A stretch of 63,963 nt of DNA, filler included, from Atractiella rhizophila (GCA_021432655.1; 4 parts of 4 records of this genome joined end to end with filler, not necessarily neighbours in it); one strand, 5' to 3'. Counted from the whole stretch's first letter, positions 36,201 to 49,309 are shown. Program-made: numbers and translations. The notes: generated by a model not told the origin, from the sequence alone.

Positions 36201-37380
36201 TTATCGGAAGAATTGACAGACCTCAATATCCCAGTTAAATCCATACTTTCTCGGTTCCCACTCCTTCAAACTACGTAAGACATCAACGCCTTCCACCTTC
36301 CCCAAATCCTCCTCCTTCAAAGCCTTCTTCATCCCCTCATCGGGTACCCAAACGACCTTCATCCCCGCCTTCTTCGCGCCTTCAACACCAGGTATCCCAT
36401 CCTCAAATACGATGCATCTCCTCCACTCCTCCTCCGTCGTGAGACCCAGCGTCTTCGCTGCCTCGATAAAGATGTCCGGGTTCGGTTTACCGTTCTTCAC
36501 CCGTGGATCGTCCCCTTTGACTATGGCGTGGGGAGGAAAGTGAGAGAAGAGGTGTGGTAGGTGTGTGGTCTTGTAGACGTATGTGGAGGAGCGCGAACTA
36601 GTCGCCAGAGCGATGGGGACCTTGTTCTTGACTAGGGTGACCAGAAGATCGAGGGCTGTAGTCATCCAGTGTATGTTAGTTTATTATGCAAGTGAAATAC
36701 AGAAGCGGTGGGGCAAGATATTTCTGTTTCGTTGAAGAAAAACGGTAACCAGCACACTTGTTGGATATTTCCCGTCCATACTTCATGTATTGAGTTCACC
36801 ATCCAACAGATTGCGAGAAAAACTCATCAAGAAGGGTCACGCACCACCAGACATAGGCTGCACTTTCGAAAACATGGTGCTTTGGAGCGGGGCCATCACA
36901 GCTGCGAGTTCTGCTGGCGTAAGGGGTAGTTTGTAGTGATCGATCAGCACTCGATTCGCTTCGCCTTGAGGCAAACCCATGACTTTGCTCTTGATTTCCC
37001 ACGTCAACCGTTCCTCGATCCCGTGGTTGGCGAGTATTTCGTTCTGCCTCATGCCAGTTTCAATGGATACAGCTCGATGGTTTGAAAGAGGGGCGGACAG
37101 TCACTCTGCATCGTGATGATCAGTGTGGGACTCTTGAACGAGTGAAAGACGCAACGCTGTGTAAACTGATTCGGAATCGATCAAGAGGCCTAATGTTGCA
37201 ATGGTCGCGTCCAAAAGTCGGCTTTGAGTGGGAAGATAGAGAAGAGAACGAACCGTCCATATCAAAAATGCAAGCGAGAGGTTTATCCTGCTTGAAAGAG
37301 ATTAGAATCATTGAGAATGGATCAGAACACATGTGTTCAAAGAAAAAGCTAAAGCGAAAATAAGGACACGTTGTAGCCAT
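36201..37380 (-). CDS. HAD hydrolase, pseudouridine-5'-phosphatase (HDHD1/YKL033W-A)-like
   Basis: ACIFDMDG/LLIDSE, ALATSS, GKPNPDIF, CIVFEDGIPGV, GMKVVWVPD. Confidence 0.88.
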
Positions 37381-38117
37381 GTTTCCTTTGTTGGTCACCA
37401 CCTCATCTTCATGCTACGAAGCATTCATGAGCACCTTCACTACCAATCAACTACATGGTGATGACTGACTATGGATTGATGAAAGCACAGGTGGATCCTG
37501 AGACAGACCAAAATTCGTCTATCCAGCTACTTTTGGTGGTTTAGTTTGCCCGAGATGATCAATTACAATAAGCAGATTTACTACTCGACGGGATCGAGTA
37601 TCGAATTGTTGTTTGGAAACGACAGCCTAGGGCGTCAGGTCAAAATAAACTCACAGCGGACATTCTGAACTGTGGTCGTCAAAGCTCCTTGTGGCAGCTT
37701 CTTACTGTAGCTATGGCTGATGGTTCAGGTTCACAAACAAAGCCCCCCAAGTTCTTTTTGCTACTAGTAGGGTCACTAAACAGGCGAAAAATCGTGCTAT
37801 TGCGTCTGTGAAGGCTTAACTGGCTACGATAGGGATAACCCAATCAGGCAATCTGTGGAATACAATTAATTTGTTCGTGTAACAAATACTAGTAGTTATA
37901 CTAATGTGGTAGCGACAACTTGAATGAGGTTTAATGTGGAAAGAAACACAAAATGCACTGGCAGTAACGTTGCTGGAAGCACAAATTTGGCAGCACGGCG
38001 TAAATACCAGAACAGACCAAGTTTACGAGTTGTTACTTTCGTTTCGAACATAGTACCCTGCCCAAGAGTACTCATCATGCCGCTCCACATCTGGTGACGG
38101 TTCGAGTCTACATCCTA

Positions 38118-39596
38118 TCAGGCTGTGTTCCAAAGTGAAGAATCAACAGACCCCTTTTCCAGCGCGGTTGCTGTTTCAATCTTGACTACTACGCCTCCAT
38201 AACTGACTGGAACCACCTCCTCCAATCTTCTCCCTAAGCTTTGACGACGTAACTCAGTCCCTCCGCGCTTATCATATTGATTATGGCTGCCACTCTTGGG
38301 AGTCAAATTATTTCGTCGCGCGAGACTGCTGCCATGTGGGGTACCTCTATCTTGCCCATTTGCATCAAGATCAGCGGAGCGGAGATGGAGAACTATGCGG
38401 GAGGCCATCATAGGCGTAAATGCCAGGGCAAGCGGTATGTTGAGAACTGGATTGGCTACCGTCGGGATACTGGTTTGTTTGCAAATTGCATCATTGTCAG
38501 GGAACTAAGCTGGAGAGCTCTTACAAACCTGAAATAAATAGCGTTAACTAGGTTGCAGATGGATACCACAACGAAGTAAAGGACTCCGTCACGCGCAAAG
38601 ATGGTGAGGAGGCGAGTGCGAGGCGTGTTGCGCCAGTGAGAAATGAGGGGCCTTTTCAAGATTCAGCAAATTAATAAGAACGGGATATCGTGACTGACAG
38701 GATCACAAATACTGTGGCGGTCGTGTCGTATACGAGAGGCGGGATCCTGTACGCCACATTATCCATCTAAACTCAAGTTGCGGTGGGGAACAGACCAATA
38801 AAGCCATATGAACCTTCCTGAAGTATCAGCTTTGTTCACCGAAGTAGGGAGGAGGAATCACTTGTGGTCTCTCCCGATAGAAAAACACCCTCTCAATCCT
38901 GGTGGCCTATTCAACCTGTTAACACCTTTCTGCAGAACTTTGAAAACATACAAATGCAAAGCCTTGTTAGGGACAACATCCCAGATCTCAATAACTGTGC
39001 CACAGATGGCCAATATTCCAAAGAACCAAGCAACCCACTTCTGACGCTTCCACATTACCCACACTCTAGCGCCAAGGAGGAACTGGCAACCCACTGCAAC
39101 TATGTCAGTTTCATGATAATTCAGTCTTTAAGCGAGAAAAAGAATATGCACAAAGGAGAATGCTACTCCCAATGGGTTCAATCAAGTGAATTTTGTCACA
39201 TGTCTTTGAGTCGATTTTGAGCCAGAAGAGACACATGAACGTCACAAGGTTCAGGACTCCCCCGTAACTGCATATTTGTTTTAGTGTTACACTTGTAGAG
39301 CGAGTGAAAGCCGTACCGGTTGATGAAGAAAACAACTCGAACGGGAGTCCAACGGTCAGCCCGCCACATCGTCCTGTACTCGTCTGGTAGAGTAACGATG
39401 TAATCCCACGCATAGATAGCAAAGCAAGCTGTCCTCTAGTTCATGGAGCTCATATAGGAAAGGGAGAATGCAGCGAACCTGTGAGATAGGTACGACTAGC
39501 AGAGAGAACTTCCGCCACAGCTTCGCGTTGGAGAGCGAGAACGAGTTGTTCTTCCTCAGAAGGATTAAGGCCTGAAGAAGGGCCAGAGGATGACAT
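38118..39596 (-). CDS. DUF6533 multi-TM receptor-like protein, copy 2
   Basis: YAWDYIVTLPDEYRTMW, LGARVWVMW, PPLVYDT, LLTIFARDGVLYF, MMASRIVLHLR; intact when spliced. Confidence 0.9.
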
Positions 39597-39656
39597 CCTC
39601 CCAGTATCAAATTATTCTCTCCCCGTCCCGATTTTCGTAGAGGAGGCAACGTCCTT

Positions 39657-39717
39657 CTTTATACCTCATACAAAACGTAGCCGATCTGGAGGTTCTCACG
39701 AATTCCTGCTGTGAAAG
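39657..39717 (-). promoter_or_regulatory. TATA (TATAAAG) plus CTTTCACAGC element, copy 2
   Basis: + strand CTTTATA 39657-39663 and CCTGCTGTGAAAG 39705-39717. Confidence 0.6.
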
Positions 39718-41444
39718 ACACCAAATGGCATGTGTGGAAGCGCAGGTAGTTTGGGACGCTGTTAAACCGAATCATCCTAAAGCAATCGCAAGCAAGTAGC
39801 GTGCTTCGACGCAGTCTTGGTTCTGCAATACCATCTCCCATTTCTATCCATTTCTATTCAAACCTGTCCGGGCAAAAGAGAGGGCAATTGACTGAGCGAT
39901 GTCACACCCCGGTCCCTGTGCCGGGTTGGCGCAAGCAAGTCGCCGCGCCTCATCCCCTCCACATCACGCTGTTGAAAATAAATATGGCATTATACTGCGG
40001 GGGAATCTGTGGAGAGTTTAACGTTGTGTGTTTCATCCGCCTTCGTCGTTCTGGAGTCTGAACACACCATTCTCATAACTTCCCAATTCAGGTTATCCGT
40101 TGGGTAGGCTATGAAGCTGACATCAGATTGCTATTCAAGTTACGGTCGGTCGATAAGGACATATGGGACAAAGGTGAATACGACATACCGACAATTGAGA
40201 ATATTTCGTGGGGAACATGCATTGCTGGTTGCCGAAATTTGTGGAAGCCCTTTACGAGCGCTCCGATTGCTAATGATGCTGGATTTAAGCATGTCGCAAC
40301 CCGCGGCTGTGGCGCGACAACTGAAAAAAGAAAGGCAGGACGCCTGTGATGCTGGCTGGGCTTATAAGGAAAGAATGCGACCCTTATGCTGTCTTCAGAG
40401 ATCAAATTTCTACCGGGGGTGGCAGGAAACCTGGTTGAGATGTGCCACGAAAATTGAGATCTAACACGAACACAATAAATCGCATGGGTTGATGAACCAA
40501 AAGCAGACTGGCAGTTTTCACCTTTTAAATAATACAATATCGGTGATCAAAGGAATCATGTTAAGTGCAGGGTGAAGTGTTCCACCAAAAGGGCATAGGC
40601 AAGTGCAAATTCCGAGTAAGAAAGTGTGCTCAACAGAGCATATTCGACACATCATACCAGTGGAACAACAGGATCGCAAAGTCCCTCGAAGAACTTGCAA
40701 TCAAAGAAATGCTCACTGTTGCACATTACGGAATATCAGCCAACAAGCCTCTATCAGCAAGCAACTGATCGATTTGCCTTGGTTACCCTCATCTAATTTC
40801 CTCCTGCCCCAAGTCCCCTACATGGAAGAGAAGCGCACCCTCAAGGGTTCTTTCAAAGTTTGGGAACGTGACATCTTTTCACTCCTGAGTCGGAGGTCCA
40901 GAAACGGCATAGCTCTCACCAGCACCCCTCACATTTCTCTCTTCTTGTAGTGCTGGTCTGTGGTGTGAGGTTGGGGCTGGCAGCCAGATGGGAACCTCAT
41001 CCCCGCGATTTCTTAATATTCCTTACCTAACCGAAGGCGGCCTGTTTAATACATCGCTACAAGCTTACTATGTACTTGCCTGTCACCATGGGCCACAGGA
41101 GCAACCCGACCAACAACTGCGGCGTTGAGTGCGAAGAATTCAAGGGCATGTTGTTCACCTTTGATTTTGGTGCTGGCGTGTTAAGGTGATCGTAGTGTAT
41201 CTTTGCTTTTTGGTGGCATTCAACAGTTTACGAGCAAGACGACCATAAAATGCTATGCAAGCCTATTAGTTTCATCTAACATGTATTTATACGAGTGAGA
41301 AATCACAGATGAAACAATGCTGGAAGCACGTGGAGTTGCAACAAAACAGACTATTCAGGTTGATTGTTGGTTTTTGCTACATCTTGCACATCGTACTTTG
41401 ACCAGGAATACTCATCCACCTCCGCATCTGGCAAAGGTTCGACC

Positions 41445-42948
41445 CTAATTTTTCATCAGTGACTTGTTCATGCACACTTGATCAACTAACCCCTTGTCTA
41501 GCGTCGTCATTGTTTCAACCTTGACTACTACGCCTCCATAACTAACTGGCAAAGTCCCGTCCACTCTTCTCCCCAAGCTCTGAAGATGCACCTCCGGCTC
41601 TCCGCGTTCAGCGGATTGATTATTGCCCCAAATCTTTGGAGTCATGTTATATCGTCGTCCGGAACTACTGCCATTCGAAGTGCCTCTATCTTGACCGTTT
41701 GCGACAAGACCAGCAGACCGAAGATGGAGAACAATGCGAGTGGCCATAATGCTTGTGAACGTCAGGGAAAGCGGTGCGTTAAGAGCAGGGTTAATTGTTG
41801 TAGGGATGCTATCCGATTTAAGAGGTCACCAAAGGGAAGAGATCCGTCACGATAAAGAAAGACAAACCTGAAGTATATCACATTAACCAAGTTGCAAACG
41901 GATGCTACAACAAAGTAAAGGACACCGTCACGCGCGAAGATGGTGAGAAGGCGGGTGCGAGGTGTTTTGCGCCAGTGAGAAATGAGCGGTCTTATGTTGG
42001 CTCAGCAATCACTTCGAGGGAGGCTACAGGCAGGTGACGAACACGATAATAAATATCGTAGCTGCCGTGTCGTAGAGGAGAGGCGGTATGCTGTATTTCC
42101 CATCATCCACCTGATTCAAGTTTCGGCGAGACACCAACTTATACACCCAAAGGTAACTTTGCAAAACATCAGCTTTGGTCATATCGGTTGGACAGTGGGA
42201 ACGAATCACCTTTGATCTCCTCTGACTGAGAAGCACCCTCGCAAGCCGGGAAGCCTAATCAACTTTGTCAAGGAACTTTTCCTGGGCATCGGAAACGTAC
42301 AGACGCAATGCCCTATTCGGAACAACCGCCACGATCTGAACTACAACGCCACATATCGCAAATATTCCAAAGAACCAAGCGATCCACCGCCGTCGGTTCC
42401 ACATTGCAAATACTCTTGCGCCGAGCAGGAACTGGCAGCTCACTGCAGCCGATGTATCATGTGAGCCAGTTTCAGCATCAAGTGGTAGACGGGATACGCA
42501 CGAAGGACAAAGCTGCTAACAACAGGTTGCAGAAGGTGGACTTTGCCACACGTTTTCAGGTCGATTTTCAGCCAGTAGAAACACATGAATGCGACAAGGT
42601 CCAGCAGGCCACCGTAACTACATTCTGACTTCAGCCGTCGACATGTAGTGCAAATGAGAGGTGTACCGGTTGATGAAGAAGGCGACTCGGACTGGCGTCC
42701 AGCGCTCCGCCTTCCACATCATCTTGTACTCGTCTGGGAAATTGAGAATGAAATCCCAGCAGTAAAGAGCAAACAAAGCTGCTCGCCATTTCAATAAAGG
42801 AACACATGCGGGAGCTAGAAGAATGCGAACCAGTTAGATAGGTACGACTAGCTGAGAGAACCTCCTCTAGAGCTGCTCGTTGGACGGCGAGATGGAGCTG
42901 TTCTTCCACAGTAGGACTTGGGCCAACTGAAGTATCAGAGGATGACAT
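41445..42948 (-). CDS. DUF6533 multi-TM receptor-like protein, copy 3
   Basis: Same motifs and intron positions as copy 2 (LGARVFAMW, PPLLYDT, MATRIVLHLR, PVSYGGVVVKVET). Confidence 0.9.
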
Positions 42949-43014
42949 CGTCCTGCTTATGTGGGACGAATTCCTCTCACGGTTGGCGGTTGCGAGGAGG
43001 AGGCAAAGGCATTC

Positions 43015-43087
43015 CTTTATACAGCTACGTTGAATGTTTTGAATGTGCGGCCGATCTGGAAGTCCTCCCGAATTCCTGCTGTGAAAG
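43015..43087 (-). promoter_or_regulatory. TATA (TATAAAG) plus CTTTCACAGC element, copy 3
   Basis: + strand CTTTATA 43015-43021 and CCTGCTGTGAAAG 43075-43087. Confidence 0.6.
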
Positions 43088-45572
43088 GCACCGAATCGCC
43101 ATTTCGCGACATAGGGGAAACGTAATTCAGCGAACCAAATCTTTCTCAACCGTGGATTCAGGTAAGCAAGCAGGTCTTCGGTTTGAGTGTCTACAGTAAC
43201 CAAAGCATCCAATCTCAGCTTTTCGCAATAATTTTAATGCAAATGTATCCGAGATTGAAGTAATCAGCCTTCAAAGTGGTAGGCATTTTCACTGAGAAGT
43301 GCTGCACCGAGCAGCTATGCCCGGTTGGCGTGAGCACGTCGCCATACGTCATATCTTCCACACGGCGACACTGTTTAAAATATTCATAGCATGATCAGCG
43401 AATCTGCATCAAGCCAAGTAAGCCATGTCACAGGTTGCTCCGTCATCCGTCTTTGTTGATCATCTTCCTTGAATCTGAGCACACTTTTGTCATTTCTCCT
43501 TCAATTCAGTCCACCACCCTTGAATACATTCTAAGAACTGGCTGTTGATAAGACGAATGAGAGAAAGAACACTACGACATGTGCCGATCCCCAAGAGTTG
43601 AGGCTTTCCCGTCGTGGGGGACTAAGGCATCACCAGTTGCCGAAACCTTGTGTAAATTGACATTGATGCTGCAATTATGAAGGCCGTGGGCCGTTAGTTG
43701 CAACCCGGACAGACGCTTGGTTCTAGAAAAGAAGAGGACACCAGGGCTGTTGAGCTTTTAGAAGAGATTGGCCCCTTGACTTCTTTCTAAAAGTATAACG
43801 CAAAAGCCTGAGGAAGCTGTCCTATCGAAGAAAGGGTTGATTGAAAGACGCCAGATTAGAGGCGAACGCTGTCAGGCTGAAGGAATTAAATTCTGACAGC
43901 TTGATAGACGGTAGATAAATGGTTCTAAATTTTACAATAACGACTTCGGAAAACTAGCAGTGGGAAGAGGAATAGGCAGAGGTGTGGATGGACCCTTTGA
44001 ACGACTAACGACGAAGGAATTAGAACTGCTCACATTTATAAACACAAATAGTTGGCCACGAAGTTATTAGCTGCTCATGATCAGCTATAGCGCCATGCCT
44101 CATGAGGTCGGCGCGCCCCTAAAGCTTGGATAAAGCCCCTCAAGAGATCGCTCATCCCGAACAACATCATCATTCAGAAGGAACTAGTCAAGAGTGTATC
44201 ATCCCCTCAACAGGTCCTCATGACCAATTCTTTCCCGCATCTGAGTCTGTCCAGCCGATTGCAGCCATCACTATCCCTCTTAGACCAAGAGAACAGTTGC
44301 ACAATTGCGGCGCAGTGTAAGGCAATCTATTGCCGTGCAGGAGAACTACGACGTTTTGTTGGCAAGGGAGCTGCGGTTGGAGTTTGTTTGACTTTCCCTG
44401 ATGCTTGCTGGGATGGGGCACTTCAAGAGGTGCAGTGGGGATTTCTGTGTCTAGTTGTTGGTTACGCAGGGTGAATTCTCCATCTGAGATTCCAAGCAAT
44501 CAAGGTCCAAGCTGCGTCCCTGTATTCGCCTTTATTAGCAACATTGGGACAACCATTTTCCTTACCTTGTCACTGTCAACCTCTCAAGCTGGGTCACAAT
44601 TCAGTTCAGGTACTTTTTGTAGCAGCGGCATGACACGCTCTTGTTGCAAGTGTGCGGGTTTTATGCTCTAGAGACATATTGTTACGATACGATGAACACA
44701 ATCCAATCAATTAACTTTACTGGCGGCAGGGCGGTTGGGGACGGTGCGCGGCGTTCAATCAGCTGGTCACCCATGCTGAGGAGCGCATCTGCGACGTCCA
44801 TAACGCTATGCTTCTGATAAATCAAAGCTATTGCAAGATGGCACTTATCTCGTGTTCTAAGATTGACGGGACATCTTGCTTCAATACTACTGCCAGATTC
44901 TCGATGATCTCACAGTCGCCAGAGTATACGTTGATAACCAGAGGGGAGTGAATGTGGAACCCCACAATGGAAGACCCATTGCTAAACATTCCGCACGACT
45001 CTGGTGCAAGGGAAGCTTTTGGACGGAGGCTCCGCCTTCTTTGGTTGCCCTTATAATCGTGGAGCCAATCGTTCCCTATCGAAGGAGCTTGACGGCGAGG
45101 AAATGTAGTGCTGATGTTCCGCATGTGCGACTCAGCCTCCCTTGCGCGATTTGCCGAACCCGCTCACCAGCTAACCCCTGCGACCTCCCGCGGATCCTTG
45201 CCTCCAGTATCACCTCCCGGAGCGCGGCTTTCAGATGCTGAGCAACTATACGACGCGCGGTCGCGGAGCGACGTTGCGTTGCTCGTCATGGTCTCGATCG
45301 TTGTCTGGACTGCACAGTGCAGCGGATGCCCAATGCAATTAGTTTCACGACATCTCTACTTATACGAATATGATGAATATCGAAGCTCAGTGCGTGGGAG
45401 AATCACAAATGTAAATAGACAGCTGGAGCACAAAAGCTGCAACGCTTACACACAAATTGACTTTGTCTATGGGTTCTTTGCGACAACCTGAACACTGTAA
45501 TCTGACTGAGAGTACTCATCAGGTGGAGGCTCGAGCCTGTCTTTCCATGAGAACCTTCTATCGCGAGTGAGA

Positions 45573-47071
45573 TCAATGAACGGACCCCTTTTCCTTATCC
45601 TTTTGCAGATTTGTCATTGTTTCAACCTTGAAGACCGCGCCAGCATAACTAACTGGCAAGTCTCCTTCTATCCGTCTCTCCCAGCTCTGGAGACGCACTT
45701 CCACCTCTCCTCGGGGATCTGGTCGATGGCTCCCTAACTTTGGAATCACATCAGTTCGTCGGCCAGAACCGCTGCCGTTTGTCGTGCCAGCACCTCGCGA
45801 GTTTTCGGCAGGGTTGACAGATCGGAGTTGGAGGACAATGCGGGAGGCCATCATTGGCGTGAATGTTAGGGGAAGCGGTGCGTTCAGGGCTGGGTTGAGC
45901 ACCGTAGGGATACTATTCCATTTGGTCACATCAGTTAAGAAGACGGAGACGGGTTGAACTCGAAAGATAATCCTGAGAGCAGACAAACCTGAAGTACACC
46001 GCGTTAACTAGATTACAGATGAATACCACAATGAAATATATGGCTCCGTCGCGCGCAAAGATGGTGAGAAGACGCGTGCGAGGTGATTCGCGCCAATGGG
46101 AAATGAGCGGTCTGTGATTGTCATGAGGAACAAGGAAGATGGGAGTGCATGAGACGGACATGAGGACGAGGATGGTAGCTGTGGTATCGTAGAAGAGAGC
46201 CGGGATCCTGCCACTCTCATAATTAATCAGATCCAACTGTCAGTAAGAGCACAGACCAATAGACCCATATGTAATTGTAGCTTTGCCAGACATTAGCGTT
46301 ATTGCCATTCAATGGAGAAATAAACGAATCACTTCTGATGTCCTCTGTTAGAGATACATCCTCTCAAGCCGGGGAGTCTACTCAACATGTCAACTTTTTC
46401 TCCTGAAGATTGAACACATACAAAGTCAATGGCTTGTTCGGAGCCACCGCCCAGATTTGAATCACAACACCACAGATTGCAAATATTCCGAAGAACCAAG
46501 CAACCCATTTGCGCTTGTTCCACATCACCCATACTCTCGCACCGAGCAGGAACTCGCAGCTCACTGCAACCATATTCACCTCAGTCAGCTCCTCGAGAAT
46601 TGAATTGAAGGAGGGTTGTGCACAGAAGAGAATGCTGCCAGCGACAGGCTCGAGGATATGGACCTTGTCACATGTTTTCGGGTCGATTCTGAGCCAAAAC
46701 AGACACATGAACATGATAATGTCCAAGAGTATCCCGTAACTTCATATTTTAATTTCAGGTCATCGCATATGAGGCGGATGAGAGGCGTACCGATTGATGA
46801 AGAAGGCGACTCGGACTGGTGTCCAGCGCTCAGCGCGCCACATCGTCCTATACTCATCGGGGAAAGTAAGGATGAAATCCCAAGCGTAGATCGCAAAGCA
46901 AGCTGCCCTCCAGTTTAAGAAAGTAGGCGTGAAGAACTGAGGAGACAGCAAACCAGTGAGATAGGTACGACTGGCAGAGAGAACTTCCTCCAAAGCTTCG
47001 CGTTGCAGAGCAAGAGCGAGCTGATCTTCCAAAGTGGCATTTGGGCTGGCTGAAGCGTCAGAGGAGGACAT
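45573..47071 (-). CDS. DUF6533 multi-TM receptor-like protein, copy 4
   Basis: YAWDFILTFPDEYRTMW, FARDGAIYF, MMASRIVLQLR, PVSYAGAVFKVET. Confidence 0.9.
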
Positions 47072-47125
47072 CCTCCTTTATTGGGAAAACTACTTTCAAA
47101 ATTGTAATTCGAGGAAGGGGGCTTC

Positions 47126-47170
47126 CTTTATAGATCTTAATGAATTTAAGAGACCCTCTAGCTGTGAAAG
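47126..47170 (-). promoter_or_regulatory. TATA (TATAAAG) plus CTTTCACAGC element, copy 4
   Basis: + strand CTTTATA 47126-47132 and GCTGTGAAAG 47161-47170. Confidence 0.6.
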
Positions 47171-49018
47171 ATACCAAGCCGCTTAATTTAACACGGCCAT
47201 AAATATGATTGAAGAAGTTGAGGGGACCCATTCATTGATGGATGGAATGGTCAGTCGCTGTAACGTGACAGTATTTGCTCTGAGATCTCTCTTGACACAT
47301 TCAGCCAAAGGCTCTCGTCTCCGAAACGTTTCCCCTTTGCGAAACATCCGTGCATCTGCCGATTCGGAGAACAAGGTTTGACTATTCCGATCATTGAGTT
47401 TCGTGAAGCGCTGAAGCTGAAGTGGAAGCTAATAGCACCACCAATACAAACTTGCGTGCAGAACGTGGTTGGCCGCCCGAATCTGTCCCCTCATCTTCGT
47501 CATCTATTATACAGTAACTCAAAGACAAAATTGGTCATTGTTCCACATTCCGTCGAATGCCCACTTAAAAGCCTGCAGTAGAAGCAACATGGCAAATCAT
47601 CGGGTTGTCACACAGTACGACCTGGGAACTGGAGCAATTTTATAATAATGGAAGGTATCAACGCAGCTCAAGGCTGCGTGACGACAGTACCAAAACCGAG
47701 GTTGGAGAGGTACGGTAATGAGAGGAAGGGTTTAACATGAGGGAGAGGACGAGACGGACTCAAGCCTGTAGAGTTAGTCAAGAAACCTTCCGTAGAAAGG
47801 GACGACTGGTGTCTTGCTTTGCCTCAGCCACTGCCCTGATCCATGCCCGCCATGCTCTCACCTACTCTCTCATCTTTTTATGTATTTTCATAATCACAGA
47901 ATCAGAGCCCGCCACAAGGCAGGCTTTTCTGTGCAGACTGTGCTGCAAACAACAGCAGGACGTGTTGTGACGCGGGGGGTTGTGGAGAGAGTTATTGGCA
48001 GAGTAGTTGCTTTGGGAGAGGCAGGAAAGATGTGCTTGTTGGGTAGAGGAAGCGAAGGACGAAGGGAGCGGCACGAATGGAGAGGGGAGTCAGAGAAACA
48101 GAAGAGTCTGAGTGGAAGGTCTGTCTCTAATTTGATTCGTAACTGGCCAGTCAGTTGTGCAAGATTGTGTACGTCTGATTTTTGCCCGCGCTTGTTTCGT
48201 GCGTTCCTGTTGAAGAACGACTTCTGGTATCTCTGGACCACTGTTGTCAGAGATATGAAAGTGTCTTTGCGGGATACTTACTCTCACGAAGGCACCGCTT
48301 GAGAATTGATGACCTTGGAGGGTAGGGAATTGCACGGGAGTTGGAAAAACTTGTTGATGTTCATTGAATCATTAATGTTTGATATGCTACCCGCTCACAT
48401 GCGCCTTCACCCTGTTCCATTCTCAGCGGCAAGAGACAGCAGGCATTTCGCACGCTCCCGTAACTACAACGATGGATTGTCCAATTTGAATTCAACAGGA
48501 CTGACATTGCTGCGCAGCAACAGAATTGCTTGTTTGTCTCTGCACTTTGCTGCAGCTTACGAGTTGCAGGACGGAGTTGTAGGGACCCATACTCTTCCAG
48601 GTTTCTCAGTTTGCATGATCTCTTCCTTAACTCGCCCTGCAAACAACATTTACAGTAAGCAATTAACCATGCCATTTATGTCGGAACATCAGATGGTGGA
48701 GAGCGAGCGCGTTAACTTGGGTCCTTTCGTCACGGCAAAAATATTGGCAATTGGTTGCGAGTATCCATCAAAAGCTGGGCCAGTAGCATGTTAAAGAGCT
48801 GTTCAGCACACACTTTGAACACTCTGTGCCCCTTCTCCGCGAAGCAACAGGCCTCTTCGAGGGAGGCACAGTCGAATATCGTACACGGATAGGAAGAATC
48901 ACAGCGTCATAAATGCTTCCACAAGCACCTTGTGTACGCTGTACACGCCTGCAAATCATCTGTGTAAACGCCGAAAATAACATCTCTCACATCCCATGTC
49001 AGGGATGTAAAGATGCTG

Positions 49019-49138
49019 GAGCTACGTACGTGAGCCGCNNNNNNNNNNNNNNNNNNNNNNNNNNNNNNNNNNNNNNNNNNNNTTAATTAATTAANNNNNN
49101 NNNNNNNNNNNNNNNNNNNNNNNNNNNNNNNNNNNNNN
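49019..49138. other. Contig join with artificial TTAATTAATTAA linker
   Basis: N run with linker. Confidence 0.97.
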
Positions 49139-49184
49139 CGGCCCTGATATTTTCGAGAGTAGTCCAGGTAAAGTCTAAAAGGGG

Positions 49185-49309
49185 TTAGTGAAACAAAGAA
49201 TAAAGCGACGAATGCGCACTAACCCCTTTGGTCCATACAAAAGTGTATTAGAGGCATTATTTAGTGAAACAAAGAATAAAGCGACGAATGCGCACTAACC
49301 CCTTTGGTC
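49185..49309. repeat. 49-bp exact direct repeat; the first copy overlaps a 13-bp inverted repeat
   Basis: TTAGTGAAACAAAGAATAAAGCGACGAATGCGCACTAACCCCTTTGGTC at 49185-49233 and 49261-49309; AAAGGGGTTAGTG (49178) pairs with CACTAACCCCTTT (49217). Confidence 0.92.

Noticed and set aside
33411..37380. CDD1 near a pseudouridine-5'-phosphatase-like gene as a nucleoside salvage cluster
   Set aside because: Separated by unrelated COX23 and ALF1; no evidence beyond proximity.
38097..38110. GGTTCGAGTC B-box-like motif (similar at ~41436)
   Set aside because: Lies in paralog 3' flanks with no tRNA fold or A box.
40111..40464. Small ORFs in the DUF6533 spacer as possible ligand/pheromone genes
   Set aside because: The homologous spacer at ~43540-43780 has indels and stops, and no signal peptide or CAAX is evident.
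44828..45491. Overlapping GC-richer ORFs between DUF6533 copies 3 and 4
   Set aside because: No recognisable domain or consistent exon structure.
47814..48794. Several 100-160 aa ORFs
   Set aside because: No motifs, mostly non-ATG starts, inconsistent frames; cannot support a gene.
49185..49309. Repeat-spacer-repeat resembling a CRISPR mini-array
   Set aside because: Only two units, eukaryotic context, no cas genes.
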